A stretch of DNA of 64,000 nt from Bdellovibrionales bacterium (GCA_965219095.1 CBDCMT010000001.1:1536001-1600000); one strand, 5' to 3'; shown: positions 44,796 through 55,089, numbered from the stretch's first letter. The notes: generated from the letters alone by a model not told the origin. A program made the numbers and translations.

Positions 44796-44851
44796 GTCTT
44801 GATCCTAATCAATTCGTATTCTTTTAGCCAAGAAAAAATATGTTTTTTTTA

Positions 44852-44897
44852 GTTTTGTAAAAAAATAAGGACTTTAGTCCTTATTTTTTTACAAAAC
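44852..44897. terminator. Perfect 22-bp inverted repeat (2-nt spacer); possible tad operon terminator or operator
   Basis: GTTTTGTAAAAAAATAAGGACT-TT-AGTCCTTATTTTTTTACAAAAC. Confidence 0.55.
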
Positions 44898-44908
44898 CTT
44901 GTCTCATA

Positions 44909-46049
44909 TATAGTGCTTCCGTTTAGGTTTTCAGGTTCCTAAGATGGAGAAGTTATCAGTTATCAAAGTTTCTAATTTAGGCCTGTGTTTTCGTATTCCT
45001 CTAAAAAATTGACTTAAACTTCCCTTGAAATCGTCATAGTTTTCATAATATCGATTCGCTGTGACCTCTTTTTTCATAAACTTCCAAAGCCTTTCTATAG
45101 GATTTAAATTCAGTGAGTACGGAGGAAGATAAATAAGTTTTATATTCAACTCTTTCGCTAACTTCTTGACAGACTTCGATCTATTGTATCCGGCCCCATC
45201 TAAGATAAGATAAATCTCTTTTTCATCGGAATACTTCTTAATGAATATGATAGAGCATATCACATAGAAAAACTTCGTTAACTGTCTTATAACTCCTGAC
45301 TACCGTCTTCAAACTATTGATCTCAATAGCTCCACAAACATTCACTCTTTTTCTCCAGCCTGAATTGGTCTTCACTTCAAACTTCTTACCCTCTCTTATC
45401 CAACCATATGAAATCGTAGGGCCCCACTCAGGATGTGTGGAATCAGCAAAGTAAACAGGACCGTCTTTCTTCTTAATTCTCTTGTATTTACGCACAAACT
45501 TTTCCTGCTCTTCTTTCTTTGCCTTACCCGGTATCGCTGTGGCTTTTTTATAAGAAAAACCAAGGCGATGGAGAAGATCAATCACACCACTTGTTGAGTA
45601 CGTAACACTAAAATTCTCCTCAATGAATTGGATGACAGACTGTGATGATGGAAAAATTCTTTTCTCTAATTCCTTTAAAAGCATTTTCTCCTCTTTCTTA
45701 GTTAAAAAGGACCTTTTAGGGTTGTAATTGTCGTTGATTAAGCACTCTATCCCACCTTTGTTATAACGATTTCTACAGGCTCTTATCGTGCCCTCATCAA
45801 TGAAAAGAAAACGGGAAATATCTTTACACAACTCACCTTTATCTAAATGGAGAATTGTCATAATCCTTTTTACGTATTTAAGATTTTTCTCTAGAGATAG
45901 TTCATAGAGTAAATCTTTTCGCTCTTTTTTTGATAGAAACCCTGACATATGAAACTATTTTTTAAAATAAATGACTTTTTATCAAGGCCTTAGAATAAAA
46001 ACTAGACCTCAACTCAAAAAAAACGGAAAACTTAAACGGAAGCACTATA
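44909..46049 (-). mobile_element. IS630-family element type B, complete ends, one frameshift
   Basis: IR TATAGTGCTTCCGTTTA, TA flanks; ORFs 45238-45948 and 44931-45263 (LDGAGY, LPPYSLNLNPIERLW). Confidence 0.92.
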
Positions 46050-46065
46050 TATTGTTCTTAGAAAC

Positions 46066-46944
46066 TCAAGCTTTAATATCAGCTATTTTCTTCATCAATA
46101 AGGCCCCTGAGATTTGGAGAATCAACATAACAAAAAGTAGAATCCAGCCTAAGGTTGTCTGAAATAAAGGTCTAGCATAGGTAGGATTGGTAATAAGAAT
46201 AAGACCTAAAACAACAAGGGGAATCACTGATAAAATACGCCCCTGATTGCGACTTTGAGTCATCATTGCTTCAATCTTTTTTTGGATGCGACTTCTTTCT
46301 CTCAAGGTTTCTGATATGACATCAAAAGTTTCACTCATATTTCCTCCTGTTTCTTTAAGAATATTCACACCACTAACAAACATATGCATATCATATTGAT
46401 CGATCCTATCAGCCATTTCTTCTAAAGCTTCTTCTAAAGGCATCCCTAAACGAAATTTATTAAGGGCAAGTTGAAATTCTTGCCCTAAAGGCCCTCCTTC
46501 ATTCTTGATCACCCTCTCCATGGATTGAGATATAGATAAGCCACTTCTAACACCATTGCTTAAAATCACAAGGCTATCGACCATTTGTGAAACAATCTTA
46601 TGCGATCGTGTGATCCAAAGATTCTTCATTATGTTTCTAGGAATAATAAGACCTGCTAAAATCACAGGTACTGCTAAAAGAAGTCCTAAAACAAAGTTAG
46701 GTAGACAAAATAAAATGACAACAAGACCTAAACCATAACTAATAGACACTAAGCCAATAGTAAGTTTTCTGGAATCTATCTGTATAAGCATTTTATTCGT
46801 AATGGATGAAATTTCTTCAAATGTAAAAAGAAATTTCTTATGAAAAAAGTCAATGACTCTTTTGTTTAAGAAATAAACTGAAACAAAAACCAAAACTCCA
46901 AAAAATGTTACTGTTAAAAACTGACTTTCTATAATCCAACCCAT
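46066..46944 (-). CDS. tadB: Tad pilus inner-membrane platform protein TadB
   Basis: T2SSF-like domain (RSGLS, ETGGNMSE); position after tadA. Confidence 0.9.
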   Translation of the reverse strand: MGWIIESQFLTVTFFGVLVFVSVYFLNKRVIDFFHKKFLFTFEEISSITNKMLIQIDSRKLTIGLVSISYGLGLVVILFCLPNFVLGLLLAVPVILAGLIIPRNIMKNLWITRSHKIVSQMVDSLVILSNGVRSGLSISQSMERVIKNEGGPLGQEFQLALNKFRLGMPLEEALEEMADRIDQYDMHMFVSGVNILKETGGNMSETFDVISETLRERSRIQKKIEAMMTQSRNQGRILSVIPLVVLGLILITNPTYARPLFQTTLGWILLFVMLILQISGALLMKKIADIKA

Positions 46945-46947
46945 ATC

Positions 46948-49143
46948 CTACTTCCTTTCTACAACTGTTTTTTTCATACTTGAAGTATGTTCAGTATTTC
47001 TTCTGAGCTTCAAACCTTTTCTTAAAGATAAAGTTTTAGAAGGTCTTTTAACTTCTTCTACTTTCTCTCCTGTAAACAAATATCTTGGAATATGAATCCC
47101 TCGGTTTTCAAATTTTTCAATAAAAGTAGGAATGGCTCCTGTGGCCTGAAATTGCCCTAAGATTTTTCTGTTTTTATCAAAGCCCTCTTCTTTAAAACGA
47201 AAGACTTCTTGTAAAGTGAGTACATTCGACTGTATGCCTGCAACTTCTGTGATGTTAGTGATTTTACGACTTCCATCAGAAAGACGTGAGATCTGTACAA
47301 TCAGTTGTACCGCTGAGCCAATTTGTTCTCTTATAGCCTTTACAGGAAGTTCTAAACCTGCCATCATAGAAAGATTCTCTAGACGGGAGGTGGCTTCTCT
47401 AGGGGAATTAGCATGAACTGTTGTCATGGATCCATCATGACCTGTGTTCATCGCAGAGAGCATATCCAAGGCAGCACCATCACGACATTCTCCTACAATA
47501 ATGCGATCAGGTCTCATTCTCAGACTATTTTTAACTAGGTCCCGAATGGTAACAGCACCAGCATCTTCCATATTTGCCGGCCTTGTTTCTAACCGAACCA
47601 CATGCCCTTGAGCTAGTTGTAATTCTGCTGCATCCTCTACAGTGACAATTCTTTCATTAGCAGGGATATAGCTTGAAAGTAAATTTAAAAGAGTGGTTTT
47701 ACCAGAACCGGTTCCTCCTGAGATGATAATGTTCAAACCCTGTTCTACACAAATTCTTAAAAAATCCAACATAGGTTTTGTTAAAGTGTTCCAATTCAAA
47801 TACTTGTCTGACGTTACTGTTTCTTTTGCAAATTTACGAATGGTAATGGAAGGGCCGTCAATTGAGAGGGGTTCGATGATAGCATTGACTCTACTACCAT
47901 CAGAAAGCCTTGCATCTACGTAGGGAGTTTTTTCATCAATCCTTCTTCCTAAAGGAGTTACAATTCTTTCTATAATGTTTCTTAATTGAAGATTTGATGT
48001 GAAATTCATTTTTGTCAAAATCAGCTTTCCCTTTTTTTCTACAAAAACTTTATCACAACTATTTACCATAATTTCAGTGACTGTGGGATCACTTAAAAGT
48101 TCTTCTAAAGCACCTAAACCTAAAGCTTCATCTAAAACTTGTCGTATGACAAGAGTTCTTTCAGAGCGTGAAAGTTGTGGTGCTTGTTTTGTCACAATTT
48201 GACTGATCGCTCTTTGTGTCTTCTGTTCTAATTCTTTTTCTTTCTTAGGGTCTCCTTTGGTATTGGTTAAATCTTTTCTTAAATCAATTTCACGTATGAG
48301 TTCCTTGTGAATCATTATCTTTAAATTTTTTAAAAAATCTATAGATTCTGATTTTTGCGAAACAGAGAGAGGCTTTTTTTTCTCTCTCTGCTCTAACTTC
48401 TGTAAAATGCCTGAAGTTAAATGTCTTACAACTTGATGATAAGCTCCTATAAGAGCAACAGCCTGCCTCTGTAAAACAAAGGGAGTGCTAGTTTTTATAG
48501 CTTGTGAGGTAATAATGTCATCTTGAGGTAAAGAAGCTAAAACAGGCCTTTTTAAAGTTTGTGAAAACTGTTCTTGTGTCAGATCTCTTTGAGAGTATTT
48601 GTTCAAAACAAGAAAGAACATATCATTTGCAAACATAAAATAACTTAAATCATTCATCTTCTTTCTTGTTTGGTGAAGACATAGAGAGTCTGGATGAGAG
48701 ACTACAAGTCCTATAGTAGCTTCATTGAGTAGTGTTTTTTGTGCCTCTCCTAATTCATGACCTATATCTACAATAATGTATTCGTAATAAGATTTAAGAC
48801 TTTTGAGTTTATTTACTAAAAGTTGGCTTTCAACTTGTGTTTCTTCTTCAGGGTTTAAAATTAAAGGTAAATAATTTAACCCCGTAGAATGTTCATAAAT
48901 AAAGGTCTTCAATCTTTTTTCATCTAATGGACCTGTCCATTGCAAAAGTTCATCTAGTTTTTTCTTAGGCCTAGCTCCTAAAAGAAACGTTAAGTCACAA
49001 GCCGACTGTTTGTCTAAGTCCATAAGTAAAACAGAAGATTTGGTTTCAATCTTCATAGCACAAGCTAAATTAGTGGCAAAAACACTTTTACCTACACCTC
49101 CCTTGCCGCCTAAAATAGCAATGACAAAACTTTGTTGAAACAT
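46948..49143 (-). CDS. tadA: CpaE/TadZ-TadA (CpaF) fusion ATPase
   Basis: N-terminal MinD-like GGKGGVGKS; C-terminal GGTGSGKTT, LRMRPDRIIVGE and MNTGHDGS. Confidence 0.93.
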   Translation of the reverse strand: MFQQSFVIAILGGKGGVGKSVFATNLACAMKIETKSSVLLMDLDKQSACDLTFLLGARPKKKLDELLQWTGPLDEKRLKTFIYEHSTGLNYLPLILNPEEETQVESQLLVNKLKSLKSYYEYIIVDIGHELGEAQKTLLNEATIGLVVSHPDSLCLHQTRKKMNDLSYFMFANDMFFLVLNKYSQRDLTQEQFSQTLKRPVLASLPQDDIITSQAIKTSTPFVLQRQAVALIGAYHQVVRHLTSGILQKLEQREKKKPLSVSQKSESIDFLKNLKIMIHKELIREIDLRKDLTNTKGDPKKEKELEQKTQRAISQIVTKQAPQLSRSERTLVIRQVLDEALGLGALEELLSDPTVTEIMVNSCDKVFVEKKGKLILTKMNFTSNLQLRNIIERIVTPLGRRIDEKTPYVDARLSDGSRVNAIIEPLSIDGPSITIRKFAKETVTSDKYLNWNTLTKPMLDFLRICVEQGLNIIISGGTGSGKTTLLNLLSSYIPANERIVTVEDAAELQLAQGHVVRLETRPANMEDAGAVTIRDLVKNSLRMRPDRIIVGECRDGAALDMLSAMNTGHDGSMTTVHANSPREATSRLENLSMMAGLELPVKAIREQIGSAVQLIVQISRLSDGSRKITNITEVAGIQSNVLTLQEVFRFKEEGFDKNRKILGQFQATGAIPTFIEKFENRGIHIPRYLFTGEKVEEVKRPSKTLSLRKGLKLRRNTEHTSSMKKTVVERK

Positions 49144-50634
49144 CTAGCCCCCCATTTTAAATTTATCTTTAATTGTTTCTACACCCTCGCTAGCTGAGGT
49201 TTTAATGCGAGGTGTGATGAAAATAACAAACTGTTCGTTTCGTTTATTATAACCTTTTGAAGTGTAAAGACTTAAAACAGGATTCGCAGAAGCTGATTCT
49301 GGAAGTTTGTTAAAATCCACAATGCGAGAACTATCCACTAAACCTCCTACAGCAACACTTTGGCCATTTCTCACCACCATTTCAGATTGCACTTGATTTT
49401 TTGAAACAATGGGGACTCCCCGAGCTTGACCTGTAAAGTGACTGCTCGAAAACCTCATTTGCATGGAAACACTGTTATTTCTATTTCCCACAATGGTCGG
49501 AGTCACTTCTGAACTCACTCCTGCGTCTGCTGTATGAGTGATTAAAGTTCCATTAGGTCCTCCTGTTTGATAGGGTACTTTTGTAACAGATTCTAAAACA
49601 CCCTTTTTTCCTTCTTCTACTGTTAAGCTTGCACTCTGCAAAACCCTAGCATAACCATGCTCTTTAGCCCAATTCAATTTGGGTAAAAGATTAGAAATAG
49701 TAGCCGTCAGTTGACTTACAAAACCTCTTTGCTCTTGATTTTGACTAGGAAGGCCTATAGTCAACTGTGTCTCATCAGAAATTCCTGGAGTCCATTGAAA
49801 ACGAAAGCTCTTATTAAAATCTTTTTTCATTTGTACAAAATGTATAACAAGGTGAATAGCTTTTTTAGGATCAGGTGTAGGTCTTTTTTCAATAGTGATC
49901 ATATTAATGATTTGATTTCTGTTTCTGGCTTTGACTTTTGCTCCAAAAGCCTCCTCTAAAACAAGATCGGGAATATAAGCTAAGGCAATGGTTTCAATGT
50001 CTTTTCTCTTACTTACTAAATCCACTGAGCCTTGTAAAATAAAGTTTCCGTTCACTGTACGAACTGTAATGTTAGAAGAGATTCTTTGAATTTGAGAATC
50101 TGATTGAATGAGACTAGCAATTTTTCTTTCCGCAATAGGGTTTAAAGACACTAAAGAGGTAGCTTTATCAGGGTATCTTTGAAGTACGTTATAAATACGT
50201 GTTATCTCTTGAGGTAGAAGCACGTAGCCATCTAATAAGACTTTATTGTTTAAAATTTTAACACTTACTCCATCAATATCTTGAATTAAGCTTTTGATCT
50301 CATGAGCTGTTTGAATTAAGTTTGTCTTTTGTATACTTACATGAAACTCATAGATGATCTTTCCTGTTTTACGATTTTCTATCAAAAAAACTGTGGTTCC
50401 CTCTTTTTTAGGTTTGAACCGAAAAGTCCTTTTCTTTGCTGAATAGCTTACTCTTAAAAATTTCCTCCAAGATCCTGAAGTTTTAAAACTCCTAGGAAGA
50501 CCTTCTACGATTTCATCATGGTCAAGTCCTATATAAAGATTTAAAAATCGTTTAATTCTTTTAGAATCATCAGCCCATAACTCAAAAGTAAAAAAATTCA
50601 ATAAAGTTAACAATAAAAAAATTTTCATCATCAT
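49144..50634 (-). CDS. cpaC: Tad secretin RcpA/CpaC with BON-like domains
   Basis: Signal peptide; C-terminal secretin motifs GQSVAVGGL and VIFITP. Confidence 0.85.
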   Translation of the reverse strand: MMMKIFLLLTLLNFFTFELWADDSKRIKRFLNLYIGLDHDEIVEGLPRSFKTSGSWRKFLRVSYSAKKRTFRFKPKKEGTTVFLIENRKTGKIIYEFHVSIQKTNLIQTAHEIKSLIQDIDGVSVKILNNKVLLDGYVLLPQEITRIYNVLQRYPDKATSLVSLNPIAERKIASLIQSDSQIQRISSNITVRTVNGNFILQGSVDLVSKRKDIETIALAYIPDLVLEEAFGAKVKARNRNQIINMITIEKRPTPDPKKAIHLVIHFVQMKKDFNKSFRFQWTPGISDETQLTIGLPSQNQEQRGFVSQLTATISNLLPKLNWAKEHGYARVLQSASLTVEEGKKGVLESVTKVPYQTGGPNGTLITHTADAGVSSEVTPTIVGNRNNSVSMQMRFSSSHFTGQARGVPIVSKNQVQSEMVVRNGQSVAVGGLVDSSRIVDFNKLPESASANPVLSLYTSKGYNKRNEQFVIFITPRIKTSASEGVETIKDKFKMGG

Positions 50635-50684
50635 CCTCTTTTGTGTTTTTTGAGGTCTTCATCTCTTTAACAGTCTCTTTACAG

Positions 50685-51566
50685 TCATAAATCAATAAAA
50701 GGACCTTTCTTTTTCTTAGAAGGAGCAATACGTGCTGGTTTTAAAATTTTTCCTGAAATTCTGCGAGATGCTTTTTTTACTTCTTTCTTAAAAGATGATC
50801 TTTCTAAAACGGTATCTTGGGTGGTCACACTGAGACTGTTGAGTTTTGTGTCTGTAGGGTGTCTTAGGGTTAAAAACAAAGAAGAGGGTGAGGTTGCTAA
50901 AATGTAAATAAGTTTTTGACTTTCTACAGGTGTTACCTCTAAAGTCAAATTAGAAAAACTTGTGTCTCCTCGCAAACGAAAAGTTCTTATGCCGTTCCTT
51001 TGTTCTTCTTGTAAAGCAGGCAGTTGGTTTGTGATACGAAAACCTGTGGCCAACACCACAACATTTTGAAGAATCGTTCTAACTATTTTTGTTTTGTTTA
51101 AACCTTTTCCTACTTCAATGGCTGATAAAACATCCACACGATCCCCAGGAACAATCAACTTACCAATTCCTCTTATATCATCCACAGGTACTGTCACAGC
51201 TCGTCTCTCAGGGGTTACTTGTATGGAAAGACCTGTTATTTTATCAGGGGGAGAAAGTTTATTAGATAAAATTTCCTCTCCTTTTCGAATAGGAGCTAAA
51301 GCCACATATCCTATCACTTCCTCAGGAGAACGAACAGCTTTAGGTTGGAGAAACTCTACAGGTTTTTCTCTCACCTCCAGCATCGTCTCATTGATTGTCC
51401 GCATTTCCTCTATATCTTGTAAAGCCACCACTACACGCTGTTTAGTGCCAAACTTTTGGGATAAAGCTTGAGATTTCTCATTAGTGTAACTGTAAAGTAA
51501 AAACATAGCTAACAGGCCGGCAAATACAGCCACCCATAAAGTTCTTCCCTCTTGAAATGAATTCAT
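50685..51566 (-). CDS. cpaB: Flp pilus assembly protein CpaB/RcpC
   Basis: SAF domain; RRAVTV, PGDRVDV and LQNVVVLA motifs. Confidence 0.92.
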   Translation of the reverse strand: MNSFQEGRTLWVAVFAGLLAMFLLYSYTNEKSQALSQKFGTKQRVVVALQDIEEMRTINETMLEVREKPVEFLQPKAVRSPEEVIGYVALAPIRKGEEILSNKLSPPDKITGLSIQVTPERRAVTVPVDDIRGIGKLIVPGDRVDVLSAIEVGKGLNKTKIVRTILQNVVVLATGFRITNQLPALQEEQRNGIRTFRLRGDTSFSNLTLEVTPVESQKLIYILATSPSSLFLTLRHPTDTKLNSLSVTTQDTVLERSSFKKEVKKASRRISGKILKPARIAPSKKKKGPFIDL

Positions 51567-51613
51567 AAAGCTTTTCCTTTCTTTTTTCCTTTTTTCAGGC
51601 CCTTAGGCCAGAA

Positions 51614-52129
51614 TCAATCTCCACAACCAGAGTGAAGGCAAATACCATAAGCCACCTTAGACCACACAGGGTTCACTCCTTGTTTGCTGTATCGGATTCT
51701 TGTTTGAATATCTTGATACAAAGTTTCATTATGATAAGCGGAATCAGGCTCTTGAAGGTCTTCAGAAACTATACCTAAGTTAAGAGAAATATACTGATAA
51801 GGTGCATGAAATACGTTAGAAATACCTTCTCTCTCTTCTCCATCGATTATAGCATGAAACCGAAAACCTCGGTTGTAAAAATGTGTGATTCTGTCTCTAG
51901 GAACATCGATTCTAAAGTACTGCAGATGAGTTCTGTGACGAAACGTCTCATAAGCATAAGCTCTTGCCCCTATACTGTTTAGAGTTGCTGAATGTAAAAT
52001 ACCCCAAAAACCAAACAAAAAACTTGTTATAGCGACAAAAAGAATCAAAAAAGCAGCAAGTTCAATAGTAGCAAAACCTTCTTGTTCTTTTCCAGAATTC
52101 TTTCTTTGCCTCTTATACATCTTTAACAC
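51614..52129 (-). CDS. TadE-like pseudopilin
   Basis: G|FATIE prepilin site followed by a TM helix. Confidence 0.7.
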   Translation of the reverse strand: MLKMYKRQRKNSGKEQEGFATIELAAFLILFVAITSFLFGFWGILHSATLNSIGARAYAYETFRHRTHLQYFRIDVPRDRITHFYNRGFRFHAIIDGEEREGISNVFHAPYQYISLNLGIVSEDLQEPDSAYHNETLYQDIQTRIRYSKQGVNPVWSKVAYGICLHSGCGD

Positions 52130-52737
52130 CCATTATCCCCATAACTTTGAGGCAAATTCTGTATAGAATTTGAAAAAGAAAATCTCCTTACAATCTCTTC
52201 ATACCTTGAACGATGAAAGTCTTGACACTCCTTTTGTGTTATCTCTCTTCCTAAAAAACTTCTTATCTCCGTTGTAAAACCATCATGTTCAAGGTTAGTT
52301 AATCCTAAGAAGGGGATATTAAAACTTAAGATGGGAGCTCTAAAAGTAAGCCACAGGCCTATGAAAATATCTTTTTTTTGACTCCTTCCCCCCACATCAG
52401 AACCCTCAAACCTCTCTCGCAGACCTGTTCTCACACTTCCTCTTTCGATTTGAAACCATCCGTTACTTTTGAAAAAAGGATTTAAAACAGAGCTTTCTAA
52501 AAGACGTGTAACTTTATCAAAAGCTAATTTATTTTGATCTTCTGGTGTATGATGGCTTGCTAAGTAATGTCTTGCTCCTGCGTAAGTGATGTATTGAGTA
52601 ACTTCAATAACACTTAAACAAAAAGCAAAGATGATAAACAAAAAAAGCAAGAAAAAAGCAAGTGTAAAAGCATAAACTACATCAATAAAAATCATACCTC
52701 TTTGATTGAAGAGAGGATTTGTTTTTTTCAAATTCAT
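52123..52737 (-). CDS. TadE/TadG-like pseudopilin
   Basis: QRG|MIFID followed by a TM helix; YAGAR motif. Confidence 0.65.
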   Translation of the reverse strand: MNLKKTNPLFNQRGMIFIDVVYAFTLAFFLLFLFIIFAFCLSVIEVTQYITYAGARHYLASHHTPEDQNKLAFDKVTRLLESSVLNPFFKSNGWFQIERGSVRTGLRERFEGSDVGGRSQKKDIFIGLWLTFRAPILSFNIPFLGLTNLEHDGFTTEIRSFLGREITQKECQDFHRSRYEEIVRRFSFSNSIQNLPQSYGDNGC

Positions 52738-52976
52738 CGAACATCGTCTCCTTTTTGTGATAAGTGGTTATGAAGATAGTTAGGATGCTTTCTCCTCTCT
52801 GTCCATTCTCCATTCCTTACCATATGATCTAAACGGATCAATGGCTCTCTTACTATACGATTTAAAAATTCATTAGCGTCTAAGGCTCCCACCACAGCTC
52901 TAAAAAGTCCTAAGAAAATTAACATAATTAAAATCGATTCTAAAACAGCCTGACCTTTTTTATTGATGAACTTCAT
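52734..52976 (-). CDS. Small pilin-like protein
   Basis: MKFINKKG|QAVLE prepilin motif. Confidence 0.7.
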   Translation of the reverse strand: MKFINKKGQAVLESILIMLIFLGLFRAVVGALDANEFLNRIVREPLIRLDHMVRNGEWTERRKHPNYLHNHLSQKGDDVR

Positions 52977-53484
52977 AAAACACCTCTTGTATTGATAAGA
53001 ATGTAACTTAACCAACCCATAAGAAAAGGAAAGCTGAAAGGAATTCTATGAGCTTTTTCTGGATTTAAATAAAAATTCATGTTCACTAAGTTTTTTAAAA
53101 AGACTTTCAAGTTTTTTTGAAACAGAATAACAAAAAATCCAAAGACAAAAGCCCAACATAAACTGTAAACAAAGGTCTCTAAAACAAGCACTCCATGATG
53201 AAGAAAACCAAAAACACTAAAAAACTTCACATCTCCTCCTCCTAAGCCTCCTATAAGATAAAGAGGAGAAGTGCATAGAAAAGCTATGCTGAAACCTAAA
53301 AAACTCTCTATGAAAAGTGTTTTCTGTATTTTAAAATCTAACCCATATACTTTAAAAAGAAGAAGGCTTAAAAACACAACAAAACTTATCACAACAAATT
53401 GGTCTGGTATTTTTTTTGTTTTTATGTCAAAAAAAAACCTATCAAAAGAAACATACTTGTCACAGAGAATACAATAAAACTCAT
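52973..53484 (-). pseudogene. cpaA: Prepilin peptidase CpaA/TadV, frameshifted in a T9 run
   Basis: GGGDVK in the downstream frame; the ATG 53484 frame (MSFIVFSVTSMFLLIGFF) stops after the run at 53429-53437; adding one T gives FFFDIKTKKIP and a 170-aa ORF. Confidence 0.8.
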
Positions 53485-53488
53485 AGAT

Positions 53489-53686
53489 CTACCTCTTAAG
53501 CCATTCCTGAACTTGGCCCTTATTTTTAAATTCACGGCCTATAGTCATATCCTTTTCTAAACGAGAACCTAAATAAGTTCCCGAAGTTTTAAAAATATGA
53601 ATAGGGCTATAATCGCTTGTAATAAGTGCTGGAAACAAAACAGCCACATAAATTAAGAGAAGCAAAATCATTTCAAGAGTCATCAT
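53489..53686 (-). CDS. Small pilin-like membrane protein
   Basis: TLEMILLL hydrophobic N-terminus within the tad cluster. Confidence 0.55.
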   Translation of the reverse strand: MMTLEMILLLLIYVAVLFPALITSDYSPIHIFKTSGTYLGSRLEKDMTIGREFKNKGQVQEWLKR

Positions 53687-53735
53687 AAGAACATTCCTCC
53701 TTCTATCATGGTTAGGGTGAGATCATTTAAAACCC

Positions 53736-53936
53736 TTAATCTCCTGAAAAGTTGGAAATTTGCTGGGTCAAATTACCAATTTTATCTTGAAAAGCAGTTT
53801 TAATCTCTCCCCTGAAGAAAACAAGCACTGCTACAATGATAAGAAGAATAAACACATACTCTGTCATGCCCTGACCACTTTCGTTAGTTAGAAATTTTTT
53901 GAACTTTTGTATAAGCTTGCAGTCTCTTTTTTTCAT
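53736..53936 (-). CDS. flp: Flp family pilin
   Basis: ESG|QGMTEY Flp motif; AGGAGG RBS. Confidence 0.9.
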   Translation of the reverse strand: MKKRDCKLIQKFKKFLTNESGQGMTEYVFILLIIVAVLVFFRGEIKTAFQDKIGNLTQQISNFSGD

Positions 53937-53971
53937 AAAATCCTCCTTACTTTTATTTTACCAGTGATAAC

Positions 53972-53998
53972 TTATCGACAAAACCATATGTTTTCTAA
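53972..53998 (-). promoter_or_regulatory. Putative sigma28 (FliA) promoter of the flp/tad operon
   Basis: TTAG-N15-GTCGATAA versus consensus TAAA-N15-GCCGATAA. Confidence 0.5.
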
Positions 53999-54231
53999 AG
54001 AGACATGTCTTATTTTGATACATAAAGCTAAAATAGGTCAAAAACCCCTACCATAGTCCAGCTATGGAGATGCGTCCTATTCCAACACGCACCAGTCCCA
54101 TCAAGCTCAGCTCCTAATGACCGTTTTTGATTCGACTATCCGAGACCTTAATCCACCTTTTTTAGAAGACAGATCATCTCATGGTTTTATTCCTTGTTTA
54201 TCAGGTTCTATCCGACTAACGAGCTTTTTTT

Positions 54232-55089
54232 GTAACTGCTCACTCTCGTAAGTTTTTATTTAAAGCCATAGAGATGGCTTCTAAAGAAGAATACCCTCTA
54301 TTTCTCATTGTTTTAACATAGCTGGTAATACGACAAAAATATTTCGCCATTTCTTCTGTTCTGAAACACCCTGACACTTTCTTTTTCACTTTAGTCATTC
54401 TTAGATCTCTTTCAGCTCTGTTATTAGTAGGATCTACGTTCTTTCTTTTAGCAAAGCACAGTATTTCTGCTTCATACTTTTTAAATCGCAGCCAAAGGTT
54501 TTGAGCTTGTGTATGCTTTATTCGTCCTTTCTTGCCATTTTTCTTAGGAAATTCTGGAAGCTCTTTTAAGCCTTTTGTAAGAATACTCCTATACCTTCTC
54601 TGAAGAGTTTCGTACTCTTTTTGAGTCAGAACTCTTGACTCTTTTTTATGAACTAACTCCACAGTCTCTTTAAGAAGTTTTTTGAGATTTGTAGCCCATT
54701 TGAATCCATTGCTTTCTTCTATAAATTTAAGCTCTCTCAAAAGGTGAGCCACACACAAAGCATGAGTTATCTTATCATAACAAAAGTAAGGACTCCAACA
54801 ATCATGCACAAGCACTCCTGTATATCTATCCAAGAGACCAATATCTTTTATGGCTTCCCTTCCACCTGAAAGGTGTAGAAACTGCAAGACTAATTCTCCT
54901 GAACTATAAGTATGAATCCAGTAGTTTTTACCCTTAACCCTCATAGAGGTCTCATCAACATGAATGACCTCTGATTCAAGTATCTTTTCTTTCATCTGCT
55001 CTTCCCAACTTTTAAGAAACTCTCCTAATTCAGCAATGTATCTCAACATAACTGCAGGAGAAATCATTCGACCTATAAGCCCCATGTAA
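54232..55089 (-). mobile_element. IS66 element, 5' half missing
   Basis: Right IR plus ORF 54240-55085; cut by IS630. Confidence 0.9.

Noticed and set aside
46948..49143. CpaE-TadA fusion as a novelty
   Set aside because: Recalled as already present in Bdellovibrio-type tad loci; used only as a taxonomic clue
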